Source: a virus
Lineage: Duplodnaviria > Caudoviricetes
Length of the DNA: 40,013 nucleotides
IMG/VR virus record: IMGVR_UViG_3300008003_000759
Location: 1 to 40,013 of that record
Direction: 5' to 3' (one strand)
Below are positions 1 through 8,614 of this stretch, in pieces (the first letter of the stretch is position 1; each line of letters opens with the position of its first letter). The notes below the pieces were generated by a model. That model was not told where the DNA came from. It saw only the letters and a program-made list of their open reading frames with translations, and ran no database searches. Both the position numbers and the translations under genes were made by a program.

Positions 1-1170
1 TCACGAGTTGCCTTGCTCGATCTTCGCGGCCGCTGCCTCCATTGCCGCCGCTGCCTGAGCTTTCCGTTCACGAGCGGTGGCATACTTCTCGGCCATTTGA
101 ACCGAGGAATGTCCCGTGATGTCGGAGACGACGGCCAGCGAACATCCTGCCTCGAGCAAGCGACCCGCAGCTGCATACCTCAGGCCGTGAAAACTTAGAT
201 CCGGAAATCCAAGACGGTCCAGCTCATCTCGAAGGTGACTGCTGAAGACACGCACCGAATACGGGATCCCCTTCGGTTGCACCACGAGCCGATCGCAGTC
301 CTCAGGGTCGTTCGCCGAAACGCGGCGCCGGATCAATTCGACAAGAGGACCGGTGGCCGGAACATTGACGTAGTTTCCGGTCTTCTCTTGGAAGACGCTG
401 ACTTCGCCACCGAAGGCGTTCGCCTTGGTCATCAGCACACAGTCGATAAGTCTCTGACCGGTTTGAAGACCGACGACCACGCCATCGCGAACACGGGGCG
501 ATGCCTCGCGCAAGACATGCGCGATCTGCGCCTCGGACCATGGAATGTAGGATGCGACATCCTTCTTTCGCTGCAGCTTCTTGATTTTCTCAGCTGGGTT
601 TGAATCCATGTGGTCGTTATCGACCGCCCAGGCGAACATTGCCGCAAGCACTGTTTTGAAGAGGTCGCCGGTCCGGACACCATTGATAGGCCCAGGCGGG
701 TTTCGCTTCGAGCTTGGACGGCCGGCGGCGATCGCTGCCTCGTCCTTGGCCTTACGCTTTTCAATCGCTGCTTCACGATCCGCGACCGCACCAGCGATCA
801 CTTTGCTACGCATCTGGCTGACGATCTTCTTCGTGAGCTTGGCGAACGGAAGGTCGCCGACCAGAGCATTCAATCGATCGATCTCACGCGTGTAACTTTT
901 CTTCGTCGCCGGTTTGAGGCGGTTCCACTCGTCGGACGCCTTATACTGTTCCGTGAGCCACCGGATTGACGCCTCGTCCTTCCGCTGCTCGGACGCTGTC
1001 TTCTCCTCGACCGCTTCGGCCAGTAGACGGGCATGTTCGCGATGGAACGCGGGCTCGCCCGGGAGACCGAGGATCCGGACCGCCTTCGGCAAAGTCGGAT
1101 GGCGGAAATACCAGAGCTGTGCACCGCTCGGCTTCCGCACAACATACGTGAAGGGCAAGGCAGGAGGCAC
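1..1170 (-). CDS. int: Tyrosine recombinase / phage integrase
   Basis: Catalytic motifs TGQR, QEKT, FHGLRY, TGHSSVQMAEKY; N-terminal arm-binding-like YFRHP; GTG start directly after the xis stop. Confidence 0.95.
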   Translation of the reverse strand: MPPALPFTYVVRKPSGAQLWYFRHPTLPKAVRILGLPGEPAFHREHARLLAEAVEEKTASEQRKDEASIRWLTEQYKASDEWNRLKPATKKSYTREIDRLNALVGDLPFAKLTKKIVSQMRSKVIAGAVADREAAIEKRKAKDEAAIAAGRPSSKRNPPGPINGVRTGDLFKTVLAAMFAWAVDNDHMDSNPAEKIKKLQRKKDVASYIPWSEAQIAHVLREASPRVRDGVVVGLQTGQRLIDCVLMTKANAFGGEVSVFQEKTGNYVNVPATGPLVELIRRRVSANDPEDCDRLVVQPKGIPYSVRVFSSHLRDELDRLGFPDLSFHGLRYAAAGRLLEAGCSLAVVSDITGHSSVQMAEKYATARERKAQAAAAMEAAAAKIEQGNS

Positions 1171-1171
1171 G

Positions 1172-1414
1172 TCAGTTACTCAGCCGGGCCGCGAAGGGAT
1201 CATCGTCATCGATGCGTCCTCCGGCGGCTTTCACGCCGAACCTGCGATCGATCGCCGCGTCGAGGTCGTCCTTCAGCCAGACGCGGGCGCCGCCGTCCCT
1301 GGCGCCAGGCGGATACTCGCCGCTTTGGACGCGGGCGAGGAACGTGCTCTCCGACAGGCCGACGTAATAGGCAGCGGCACCGGCACGCATTTGGCGAGGT
1401 GGGAAGGCGAACAT
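1172..1414 (-). CDS. AlpA-like HTH excisionase / recombination directionality factor (start re-called at ATG 1414)
   Basis: MRAGAAAYYVGLSESTFLARVQSGEYPPG..GARVWLKDDLD is an AlpA/HTH_17 pattern; stop abuts the integrase start. Confidence 0.8.
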   Translation of the reverse strand: MFAFPPRQMRAGAAAYYVGLSESTFLARVQSGEYPPGARDGGARVWLKDDLDAAIDRRFGVKAAGGRIDDDDPFAARLSN

Positions 1415-1422
1415 GGCCGATT

Positions 1423-1707
1423 TTACCGCGCTTCCGTATTCCGGCCGCACCTGTCGCGACCGTCGAACGCCTCGAGGAGCGCGGCCGTCACCATCCTGTC
1501 GATCGTATGCGCTCCGTCTGCGATCTGGATCGACCGATAGGAGGGAAGGGCGGCTGGACAGCTCATGGCGGCCGTGCGCAGTATCGCCGCGGTGAATTGA
1601 CCGGGCGGCTGGCAGGCAAGCATCCGTCCCACGATATTCGCGAGGACGATGGCACATACTGCCACGCGCAGCCAGAGCGGACCGTGACGAGGAATGCGCA
1701 TTCTCAC
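1423..1707 (-). CDS. Hypothetical protein with N-terminal hydrophobic stretch
   Basis: GTGA start/stop overlap with 1704..1961; fills the operon up to xis. Confidence 0.55.
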   Translation of the reverse strand: MRMRIPRHGPLWLRVAVCAIVLANIVGRMLACQPPGQFTAAILRTAAMSCPAALPSYRSIQIADGAHTIDRMVTAALLEAFDGRDRCGRNTEAR

Positions 1708-1961
1708 CGAAGTATCCGGATGCGCATGCGATCGAATACGTCGCGCTCGATGTAGTCGGCGGCAAGCAGGCGTTTGAGGTCATAATCGGTCAGAAGCCTC
1801 CAGTCGCCATGGTCGCCCGGCTTGCGCACGAGGATCTGCTGGCGTTGGAGCCACCACTGTTCATCATCGATCTCTGCGAGCCCGTGGAGGCCGCGCCAGC
1901 TCTCGCGAACTCCGAGCGGGATCGGTGTGGGCAGGGTAGGATCATCACGGTCGTCTTCCAA
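1704..1961 (-). CDS. Hypothetical protein, first gene of the xis-int operon
   Basis: TTG start with GGAG SD upstream; coupled to the next gene. Confidence 0.65.
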   Translation of the reverse strand: MEDDRDDPTLPTPIPLGVRESWRGLHGLAEIDDEQWWLQRQQILVRKPGDHGDWRLLTDYDLKRLLAADYIERDVFDRMRIRILR

Positions 1962-1993
1962 TTTTCATCTCCAGAAACATGCTCTGGAGGTTT

Positions 1994-2034
1994 GTTCTCC
2001 TTTTGATCGTGTCTGGCTTTTTCGCACCTGTCTA
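1994..2034 (-). promoter_or_regulatory. Sigma70-like promoter (TAGACA-N17-CACGAT) overlapped by a one-mismatch alphaproteobacterial LexA box
   Basis: -35 at 2029-2034 and -10 at 2006-2011 on the minus strand; GTTC-tcctttt-GATC at 1994-2008. Confidence 0.5.
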
Positions 2035-2043
2035 CGTCTAATT

Positions 2044-2271
2044 TTATGCCTCTTCGGCCTCGGCGATCGTGACCAGACCTAGCGCGTGAGCGAGCAACAG
2101 GGCGTTCTGCAGCGTGACGGGCCGACCGTCTGGTTCGTCGGACCGGAGGAGGCGGGAGACGTAGCCTTTCGTCAGTCCTGCGCGCCTCGCGAGTTCGCCC
2201 TGGCTGACCTGCTGCGCGTCCATGGCCGCCCGGACCTGCGCCATGATGTCGTGGATTTCGCGCTCACTCAT
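2044..2271 (-). CDS. XRE-family HTH transcriptional regulator (start re-called at ATG 2271)
   Basis: VSQGELARRAGLTKGYVSRLL..VTLQNALLLAHALG; start overlaps the helicase stop; no peptidase S24 domain. Confidence 0.85.
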   Translation of the reverse strand: MSEREIHDIMAQVRAAMDAQQVSQGELARRAGLTKGYVSRLLRSDEPDGRPVTLQNALLLAHALGLVTIAEAEEA

Positions 2272-4021
2272 TGTTCGATCCCTTCGACAGGCTTTCAGGT
2301 GTGGCACCGTTCGGCAGCGAATACACGATGCGGCCAGTGCCGGACGCTACGAGCAACCTTTCCGCAGCGAGCTGCCTAAGGTGACCATCGACGGAACCGG
2401 CACCTTTGCAGCCGTTGTGGCCGCTGGACAGCAGGCCGACTTCGTAGGCGGCCTGCTCCATCATCTGGCTAACCGCCAGCGCCGTGACCTCCTCTCCACG
2501 AGCGAAGAGGTCGTTCGCGTATTTGAGGACGAAGCCGCGCGCCTTCTTGAGATCATCGCCCTTCTTCGCGTGGTTCGTCACATCCAGTCGATCGGTGAGG
2601 CTGCTCGTTCCAGCGAAGGCGTCCGGGTGCACGCCATCCGGCAGCTGAAAGACCGGCATCCGGTCGCTTCCGCCTTTGATGAGCACACCCTCGTCTGCGA
2701 GGGCCTGCAAGATGCCAGCCGACGAGTTCGACACGCTGACCCCGTTCCGAGTGGCGTTCTTCTTGAGTCCGACCGCCTCCCCGGCGATCTTCGCTCCCCA
2801 GATACTTTCGTCGAACGCGAGAGTCTGGACCGCGTTAGCGGTCAGCTTGGTTCCATCGTGACAGATCCGACGAACGCAGTCTTCGACGAGCGCGCGGGCT
2901 TTGCCGTTCTGCTCCGGTGCCTTCGCTGCCTCCTCGCGGCTGCTGCGCTCCAGATATTCGACCCAAGAGCGCGGCTTGTCCTTCATGATGTCGGTGATCT
3001 CTTCGAAGGCACCCTTTCCGATGCGACGTGGCGAGAACCACAGCTTCTGATCGCTCAGGCCGACGTTCTCCTTCGCCACCTGCATGACGATGGCGCGCGA
3101 ATGCTCGGCTGGCAGACCCTGCCGCTCAAACCATTCGTCCTTCTTGATGGTGCCGGTCCTGCTGCGCTCAACGCGCGGACCAAGCGGACGCCTGACCTCG
3201 ATCGACGCGCGAATGTTCGTCGACCAGCCGAAGCCGCCCGCCATCCTCGAGTCTCGTCCCTCTTCCGGCGCGAGGGGGTTCGGATCCGTCGTCTTCGGAG
3301 TGTGCGCGATGGCGAGGACGGCATAGTCGTCGGAGATGCCACCCTGATTGAAGAACCAGGTGTATTTCCCGCTTTCCTTGTTCTTTGTGAGATCGGCACC
3401 AGCCGTGCTCGTCACGCTATCGATCAGCAGCATGACCACCCGGTCGGTATCGTCTGGATCCCTTCCGGCGTTCTGCTTGCTGATACCGCCGACTAGCTTG
3501 TGAGCGACTTGGTTCGGCGCATAGTAGCGATACTCGTTCTCGTCGTCGAAGAGGCAGCCAGTTGAGAAGGGGAACTGCTGCTTGCTCTGACCGAGCGGTG
3601 CGAGCACGCGGATCCGGTTCCGCACTGCCTTCGCCTCCGGGCTATTCGGCTTCATCCTCAGATCGAACTCGATAATGGCGCGCAGACGGCGGTCGATCCG
3701 TTCATGGGTATCTTCCACGCTATAGATCACCACTTTGCCGTGCCGTTCAATCTGCGCGGTGTTGTAGAAGGTCCCGCGTCCAGCAGCGACGTGCACGGCC
3801 ATCGACAGCGACATCCACGTCTTGAGCGATGCGCCCTTTCCGAAGATCGTGGTCAGACCGGTCCTGCAGATCAGATCTTCGATCAGCATCGGTTCGCGCG
3901 GGACTACCCCACCTTCCCAATCCGGCCATTCTTCCGATCCCTCTTCATCGTCTGGCGACCAGAGTTCGAATGGCTTCTCTTCGAATGGACTGAACTGGTG
4001 CTGCGGGATGATTGCGGACAT
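2264..4021 (-). CDS. RepA/AAA_25-type (RecA-fold) replicative helicase with tandem C-terminal repeat
   Basis: Variant Walker A GKGASLKT, YSVED, Walker B LLIDS, AHTPK, GWSTNIR, KENVG, resembling RSF1010 RepA-like helicases. Confidence 0.8.
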   Translation of the reverse strand: MSAIIPQHQFSPFEEKPFELWSPDDEEGSEEWPDWEGGVVPREPMLIEDLICRTGLTTIFGKGASLKTWMSLSMAVHVAAGRGTFYNTAQIERHGKVVIYSVEDTHERIDRRLRAIIEFDLRMKPNSPEAKAVRNRIRVLAPLGQSKQQFPFSTGCLFDDENEYRYYAPNQVAHKLVGGISKQNAGRDPDDTDRVVMLLIDSVTSTAGADLTKNKESGKYTWFFNQGGISDDYAVLAIAHTPKTTDPNPLAPEEGRDSRMAGGFGWSTNIRASIEVRRPLGPRVERSRTGTIKKDEWFERQGLPAEHSRAIVMQVAKENVGLSDQKLWFSPRRIGKGAFEEITDIMKDKPRSWVEYLERSSREEAAKAPEQNGKARALVEDCVRRICHDGTKLTANAVQTLAFDESIWGAKIAGEAVGLKKNATRNGVSVSNSSAGILQALADEGVLIKGGSDRMPVFQLPDGVHPDAFAGTSSLTDRLDVTNHAKKGDDLKKARGFVLKYANDLFARGEEVTALAVSQMMEQAAYEVGLLSSGHNGCKGAGSVDGHLRQLAAERLLVASGTGRIVYSLPNGATPESLSKGSNNE

Positions 4022-4056
4022 TGGAAGGCGACCCTGTTTTAGTGTGGCTATGCACG

Positions 4057-4093
4057 AAGAATAAAGGCGGAGTTGCCCACAGACAACCCCGCC
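4057..4093 (-). terminator. Intrinsic terminator between the 305-aa ORF and the helicase
   Basis: Minus-strand stem ggcggggttgtc-tgtg-ggcaactccgcc (G-U pairs work only on the minus strand) followed by TTTATTCTT. Confidence 0.7.
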
Positions 4094-4114
4094 ATGTCGA
4101 TTTTTGAAAAAAGT

Positions 4115-5032
4115 TCAGCTGGACAGGACGAGGCCAGGCAGGGTCGGAAGATCGGCGAGGCTCGGTGCGGATCGACGTGCGGCGCGGTAGTCCCGCGCGG
4201 CGGCCCTTTCCGCGCGGCGGCGTTCCATTCGCTCTTCATGACGCTCCATGCCGACAGGGTCGCTGAATGCGTGATCGAGTATCGACTGCATCGTCATCTG
4301 GGACCAGAGGTGCGTGACCGCAGCCTCGTGACCGCGCTCAGGCGCGACATACGGCCCATCGCGGTCTGCGATCTCGAGCGTCGCGGACATTAGGGCCGAC
4401 GCCTCGCGCAGGTCTATGCCGCTCGCCCCGAAAAGCACTTCCAGTTCGAGTAGGTCGCCCTCGTCAATCGTATCCGGCTGGTCTTCCGACAATACGTTGG
4501 ACAACCATATCGTCCACCCGGCCGCCTCATCGGATACGTCCTCGTCACCATCGTTCGGTTCGGTCACGAGGTCGAGGATTGCTCCGGCCAGCATATGCGA
4601 GCCAAGGGTGTCGATGGCTCGCGGCTCACTCCGAAGTGCTGCGGCGAGCGCGACGGCGCCAGACGTTCCGAGATCGTCGAGAAGGAGCCGCCAACGCCCC
4701 CGGCTGATCAGTGTTCCGACCGGCGATCCGTCCGCCAGCGTATCCCCGGGATCAACGTCGCGATCTTCTGACAGTTGGCCAAGAGATCGAATGCGATCGG
4801 CCGAAGCGCAATGACTGCGAGAAGGCGGGACATAGAGCGATCCGAACAGGGTGGACGGCTGGCGTCCTTGCTGTCGGCGATCCGCATCGACGCTTGCGAG
4901 GTAGGCATCGTATGCTTCGCGAACCTCGCAAGCGCGATGTGCCGGGACTTCGAATGCGCTGATGATCTCGTCTGCTGACGGCATTTCCGAGGAAGCGGCA
5001 GGTGATGCGGAGGCGGGGCGTTTCGTCTTCAT
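4115..5032 (-). CDS. Hypothetical acidic protein (305 aa), possibly replication-associated
   Basis: Long ORF with own promoter TTGCCA-N17-GAGAAT ending 6 nt before the ATG; no family recognised. Confidence 0.7.
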   Translation of the reverse strand: MKTKRPASASPAASSEMPSADEIISAFEVPAHRACEVREAYDAYLASVDADRRQQGRQPSTLFGSLYVPPSRSHCASADRIRSLGQLSEDRDVDPGDTLADGSPVGTLISRGRWRLLLDDLGTSGAVALAAALRSEPRAIDTLGSHMLAGAILDLVTEPNDGDEDVSDEAAGWTIWLSNVLSEDQPDTIDEGDLLELEVLFGASGIDLREASALMSATLEIADRDGPYVAPERGHEAAVTHLWSQMTMQSILDHAFSDPVGMERHEERMERRRAERAAARDYRAARRSAPSLADLPTLPGLVLSS

Positions 5033-5038
5033 TCGCGA

Positions 5039-5074
5039 ATTCTCTCATGCCGATTCGCCAATGGCAAGACCCCT
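5039..5074 (-). promoter_or_regulatory. Sigma70-like promoter for the 4115..5032 ORF, leaderless
   Basis: TTGCCA (5062-5067), 17 nt, GAGAAT (5039-5044), 6 nt, ATG; GACCCCT abuts the -35. Confidence 0.65.
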
Positions 5075-5103
5075 ATGAACGATTCTTGTCTTGCGGTTCA
5101 TTT

Positions 5104-5341
5104 CGAGTTTAACGCGGCCGCCGAGTTTAGCGCTAAACTCGAGTTTAACGCACCCCTACGCTAAACTCGTAAGCGTCGGTAATCTCTGCATAATCTACGC
5201 TTTTCAGCGCTGAAATTGTTTAGCGTTTAGCGCGCTAAACTACCTTGATGCTAAACTTTCCGGCGGTCGTTTTTTGGCGGATTTCTGCGGGTTTGAAAGA
5301 GTTTAGCGTTTAGCGTCTAATCAGTGTGTATACACACACTG
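5104..5341. repeat. Iteron-like array of GTTTA(G/A)C in both orientations with perfect palindromes; candidate replication origin
   Basis: 11 copies in about 210 bp; palindromes CGAGTTTAGCGCTAAACTCG (5122-5141), GTTTAGCGCGCTAAAC (5225-5240) and GTGTGTATACACAC (5324-5337); AT-rich intergenic DNA next to the helicase operon. Confidence 0.8.
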
Positions 5342-5594
5342 GACGGAGCGTCTCTTCGCTCCTCTCCGCCCAATGTGGATACGCCAGCTGCATTCGAGAA
5401 CATAGCGATAGCCGCTTTCGTTGAATGGACGACCGTGATGGTGATTAACCTCACAGTTCCGCTTCTAACGTCAATCTGGTTCTTGGTGCAACTGTCCTAG
5501 GAAGAATGATCTATCGATGCAGTGAGACGTTGATATCTGCTCCCCGGTCCCAAAAACGTCTCAAAAAATGCTCACGTCTCAATTTTCGTGCAAG

Positions 5595-5630
5595 GACCCC
5601 TTGCGCAGGACATAGGCAAGGCGTTACAAT
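5595..5630 (+). promoter_or_regulatory. Sigma70-like promoter for the 5637 operon, leaderless
   Basis: GACCCC-TTGCGC (5601-5606), 18 nt, TACAAT (5625-5630), 6 nt, ATG 5637. Confidence 0.7.
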
Positions 5631-5636
5631 TGCGTC

Positions 5637-6260
5637 ATGACCAGCAGAACCCTCGCCGCTATCGACGCCCGCGCCGCCCTCCGGGGCATGTCCAAGATCG
5701 GCGAGGCGACCGAGTTCGGCGTCGCGCGAGGCCTCAATGACGTGGCTTTCCAAGCCATGCGCTTCGAGCGCGGCAACATGCAGAAGCGACTGGACCGTCC
5801 GTCGCGCTTCACCATCACCGGAACGCAGGTCTATCGCGCCGACAAGGGGCAGGCGGTGCCCGAGGCAGCCGTGTTCATCGAAGGCAAGCGGGCGAAATAC
5901 CTGCGCGCCCAAGAGGAGGGCGGCACCCAAACGCGTGCCTCGATCGGCGCCTCCCGTGGATCCGGATCGTCCGCCATCGTCATCCCGGTGGCGCAGGAAA
6001 TGGAGAACGCGCTCGGCTCGGCTGGTCGCAACGCCGTGAAGCGCGCCCTGCGCCTCTCCGGCACCTATCAGACCGCCGACGGCGTGTTCCGCCGCAAGGG
6101 CGGTGGCGCGTCCCAGATGCTCCTCGCGTTCGTCGAGCGGATCCGGTTGAAGCCGCGCCTGCACTTCGTCGACGACGTTACCGAGTTCGTGCGGCCGAGG
6201 ATCGGACCGGCGGTGGCCCGCAGCGTCGATCGCGCTCTGGCCCGGGCGGTGCGCTCGTGA
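5637..6260 (+). CDS. Putative tail completion / neck-1 virion morphogenesis protein
   Basis: ARGLNDVA..LDRPSRFT resembles the DRPTPFT family usually found upstream of terS in lambda-gpA-type phages; basic protein with C-terminal PRLHF. Confidence 0.6.
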   Translation: MTSRTLAAIDARAALRGMSKIGEATEFGVARGLNDVAFQAMRFERGNMQKRLDRPSRFTITGTQVYRADKGQAVPEAAVFIEGKRAKYLRAQEEGGTQTRASIGASRGSGSSAIVIPVAQEMENALGSAGRNAVKRALRLSGTYQTADGVFRRKGGGASQMLLAFVERIRLKPRLHFVDDVTEFVRPRIGPAVARSVDRALARAVRS

Positions 6261-6538
6261 GCTTCTGTCTCGAGTGCATCAACCACATGGAAGGCGAGAC
6301 GGTCGCGGTCGATCGCTATCTCTGGCCTCATCGGCCGGGGCCGAACGACCGCCTGTTCGATCGCCAGACGGCAACCGTCGCTGTCACCGAGCATAAGCTC
6401 GATGGCACTGGTGAGCCCTTCCGGGTGCACTTCCTGCGGTTCGATGATGGTGAGGCGGTGAGCCAGTTCGACAAGGTCGACATGGAATGCCGATGCGCGG
6501 ACCGGAGGCGAATCACGAAGTCGAAGGTGAGCTCATGA
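6257..6538 (+). CDS. Hypothetical protein with CxxC and CxC
   Basis: GTGA and ATGA overlaps with both neighbours. Confidence 0.65.
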   Translation: MSFCLECINHMEGETVAVDRYLWPHRPGPNDRLFDRQTATVAVTEHKLDGTGEPFRVHFLRFDDGEAVSQFDKVDMECRCADRRRITKSKVSS

Positions 6539-7071
6539 AGACGCGTCCCAGCATCCTCGTCCTCGGCCACGCCCGCGCCGGGAAGGACACCGTCGCCGAG
6601 ATCCTCACCCGCGATCAAGGCATGCGCTGCGCTTCGACCAGCGCGGCGGCCGCGCAGATCGTCCGCCTGGCGCTCGCCGAAGAGGGTATCCACTACGACA
6701 GCAGCGAGGCATGCTTCGCTGATCGCGTGAACCACCGTAGCGAATGGTTCGACATCATCGCTGATCTCAACAGCGCGGATCCCGCGACGCTCGTCCGGCA
6801 CATCCTCTCGGATCACGATGTCGTGGTCGGCCTGCGCTCTGCGCGCGAGTTCGAGGCAGCCGCGCCCCTGTTAGACGCGATCTGGTGGGTGGACTCGAGC
6901 GGGCGCGGAGTGCCGCCGGAGCCGACCAGCTCCATGGATATCGTCTTTGACCCGTCTCGAATGACGCGGATCGACAACGGCGGATCGCTCGCGGATCTCG
7001 AGCGCAACGTCGCGTCGGCGATGGCTGATGCTTGGATTTCACTGGCTGACCGCTTCGAGCGCGCCGCCTGA
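6535..7071 (+). CDS. Deoxynucleoside monophosphate kinase-like P-loop protein (start re-called at ATG 6535)
   Basis: ILVLGHARAGKDTVAEIL, VVVGLRSAREF, IDNGGSLADL: phage dNMP kinase pattern. Confidence 0.8.
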   Translation: MKTRPSILVLGHARAGKDTVAEILTRDQGMRCASTSAAAAQIVRLALAEEGIHYDSSEACFADRVNHRSEWFDIIADLNSADPATLVRHILSDHDVVVGLRSAREFEAAAPLLDAIWWVDSSGRGVPPEPTSSMDIVFDPSRMTRIDNGGSLADLERNVASAMADAWISLADRFERAA

Positions 7072-7088
7072 TTTACTGGAGAACTGCA

Positions 7089-7355
7089 ATGAAACCCCAT
7101 GACGACGACCGCTGCGCCTGCCGCAAGGATGAAGCTATGCAGATGATGGACGGATATCTCCGCGCAGCAATCGAAGGAAAGGATGCGTTCGAGGCCTACG
7201 TCGACGAAAACGCGGATGCGGATTTCGATCACGAAAATTACTACAGTCATGGCCGGATCGTCCACGGAGCAGCCCTCGTCGTTTTCATCGATGACGAGGG
7301 CCGAAGCACGGCCACAATGCAGGAATATGAGGCGGGTCTGCCGGTAGGCGAATAA
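7089..7355 (+). CDS. Hypothetical acidic protein
   Basis: GGAG SD, followed by a terminator-like hairpin. Confidence 0.7.
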   Translation: MKPHDDDRCACRKDEAMQMMDGYLRAAIEGKDAFEAYVDENADADFDHENYYSHGRIVHGAALVVFIDDEGRSTATMQEYEAGLPVGE

Positions 7356-7367
7356 CGACGCGAACTA

Positions 7368-7401
7368 CGCCCCGGTCGCGATGACCGGGGCGCCTTCGTT
7401 T
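7368..7401. terminator. Hairpin between convergent genes
   Basis: cgccccggtc-gcgat-gaccggggcg then ccttcgttt. Confidence 0.65.
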
Positions 7402-7407
7402 ATCCGA

Positions 7408-8016
7408 TCAAGCCGGCCAGTCGCGCCACGCCCTCGCGATCTCCGGACCGCCGGCGTCCGATGCGAAGGGCCTGACGAAGCTGCCGAACCCGTCCGACGA
7501 GAGTTCACGAGCCGGGGCAACTAGGTGCACGTGACTGTTTCGGCGCACTCCGCTTTTTGAAGGCACGTGCAGGATCGCAATGCAGCCGAGCTTGCGCTTC
7601 TCGGCGAACTCCACGGCGGCGAACCTCACGATGCGAGGCCACTCGCGCAGCACCTGATCGCTCTTCGAGATCGTGATCTTCGCCACGCATGCGAGATCCT
7701 TGATCCCGGGGAATGCGTCGGCCTCGTAGCGCTCGGCCAGGCGGCGTGCGTCGAGGAGGTCCGTCTGCGCGTCTTCCGGCAGCAGGACCGTGTGGACCGC
7801 CTGCGCGTGCCAGTCCGGTGCGGTGGCCGAGGGACCGCGACCGAACGTCAGCTTCTGATGCAGGAACTCGACCAGATCGTTGTCGACCTTGCCGAGGCGC
7901 CGCCGCAGCACGCCCCAGCCGACGCCTTCACCCGCATCGGTGATGACCATGGGCTGTCCGGGCGCGTGCCCGATGGGTCCAGTCCAGTGATCTTTCCATC
8001 TCGTTTTCGTGGTCAT
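7408..8016 (-). CDS. Stand-alone MobA/MobL (MOBQ)-like HUH domain protein
   Basis: VLLPEDA..DARRLAERYE and AILHVP..RNSHVHLVAPAREL..DGFG match MOBQ motifs II/III; GGAG SD; no motif-I Tyr visible. Confidence 0.7.
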   Translation of the reverse strand: MTTKTRWKDHWTGPIGHAPGQPMVITDAGEGVGWGVLRRRLGKVDNDLVEFLHQKLTFGRGPSATAPDWHAQAVHTVLLPEDAQTDLLDARRLAERYEADAFPGIKDLACVAKITISKSDQVLREWPRIVRFAAVEFAEKRKLGCIAILHVPSKSGVRRNSHVHLVAPARELSSDGFGSFVRPFASDAGGPEIARAWRDWPA

Positions 8017-8125
8017 TTGTATTCTCCGAGGCCGGACCCACCGCGCGCATGCCCGCCTCCATTTTCATCTCTTCACGCGCGGCAAACCGCCGAGCGCATT
8101 AATTTCAGAAATCGACATGAGCCTA

Positions 8126-8154
8126 TTGAAAGGCCGGAGATTGAGTCGTATTAT
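8126..8154 (+). promoter_or_regulatory. Sigma70-like promoter
   Basis: TTGAAA-N17-TATTAT upstream of the 8207 operon. Confidence 0.6.
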
Positions 8155-8206
8155 TTACGACATGAGAACGGCACCGACGCCGGCTCCGAACGGAAGGAAC
8201 ACCGAC

Positions 8207-8614
8207 ATGACCACCACCACTGACGACACGATCACCTTCGAAAAGTTCGAAGCCCTCCGCGAGAAGGGCGGCACTTTCAACTTCACCCCTGACGCGGCTT
8301 TGATCGAAGAGATCAATGAGCGGAACTACTGGGATGCAGAGCGCGCCTTCAACCTGATCCACGGTTGTTCGGATGAGGAACAGGAAGAAGCGAAGGAGCG
8401 CATCAAAGATCGGATATGGCATCTCGAGCAGACCTGTCCGACCGGCTTGGCTTTGGACGAGTATCGCGATTATTGCGATTACATATGCGAGCTCGATGAC
8501 GGCAGTATCGTGGCGCTCGGAAACCAAATCCCTCTAGGTAGAGGTTTCCACTTCATGCAGATCGTCTCTCTCGAAGAACAAAAAGAGGCGATCGAAGAGA
8601 GCAATAGCGAATGA
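8207..8614 (+). CDS. Hypothetical acidic protein (start ATG 8207; alternative near-leaderless ATG 8162)
   Basis: GGAAGGA SD; ATGA coupling to the next gene. Confidence 0.7.
   Translation: MTTTTDDTITFEKFEALREKGGTFNFTPDAALIEEINERNYWDAERAFNLIHGCSDEEQEEAKERIKDRIWHLEQTCPTGLALDEYRDYCDYICELDDGSIVALGNQIPLGRGFHFMQIVSLEEQKEAIEESNSE

Noticed and set aside
1415-1783. N-terminal extension of the 203-aa ORF 1172..1783
   Set aside because: Overlaps two coupled ORFs in other frames; only the last 80 aa look like AlpA/Xis
5104-5341. CRISPR array or ncRNA interpretation of the repeats
   Set aside because: Units are 7-12 bp, irregularly spaced and in both orientations; no constant repeat-spacer period and no cas genes
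7081-7095. GAAC-N7-AAAC as a LexA box
   Set aside because: One mismatch, overlaps a start codon mid-operon and has no associated promoter; likely chance
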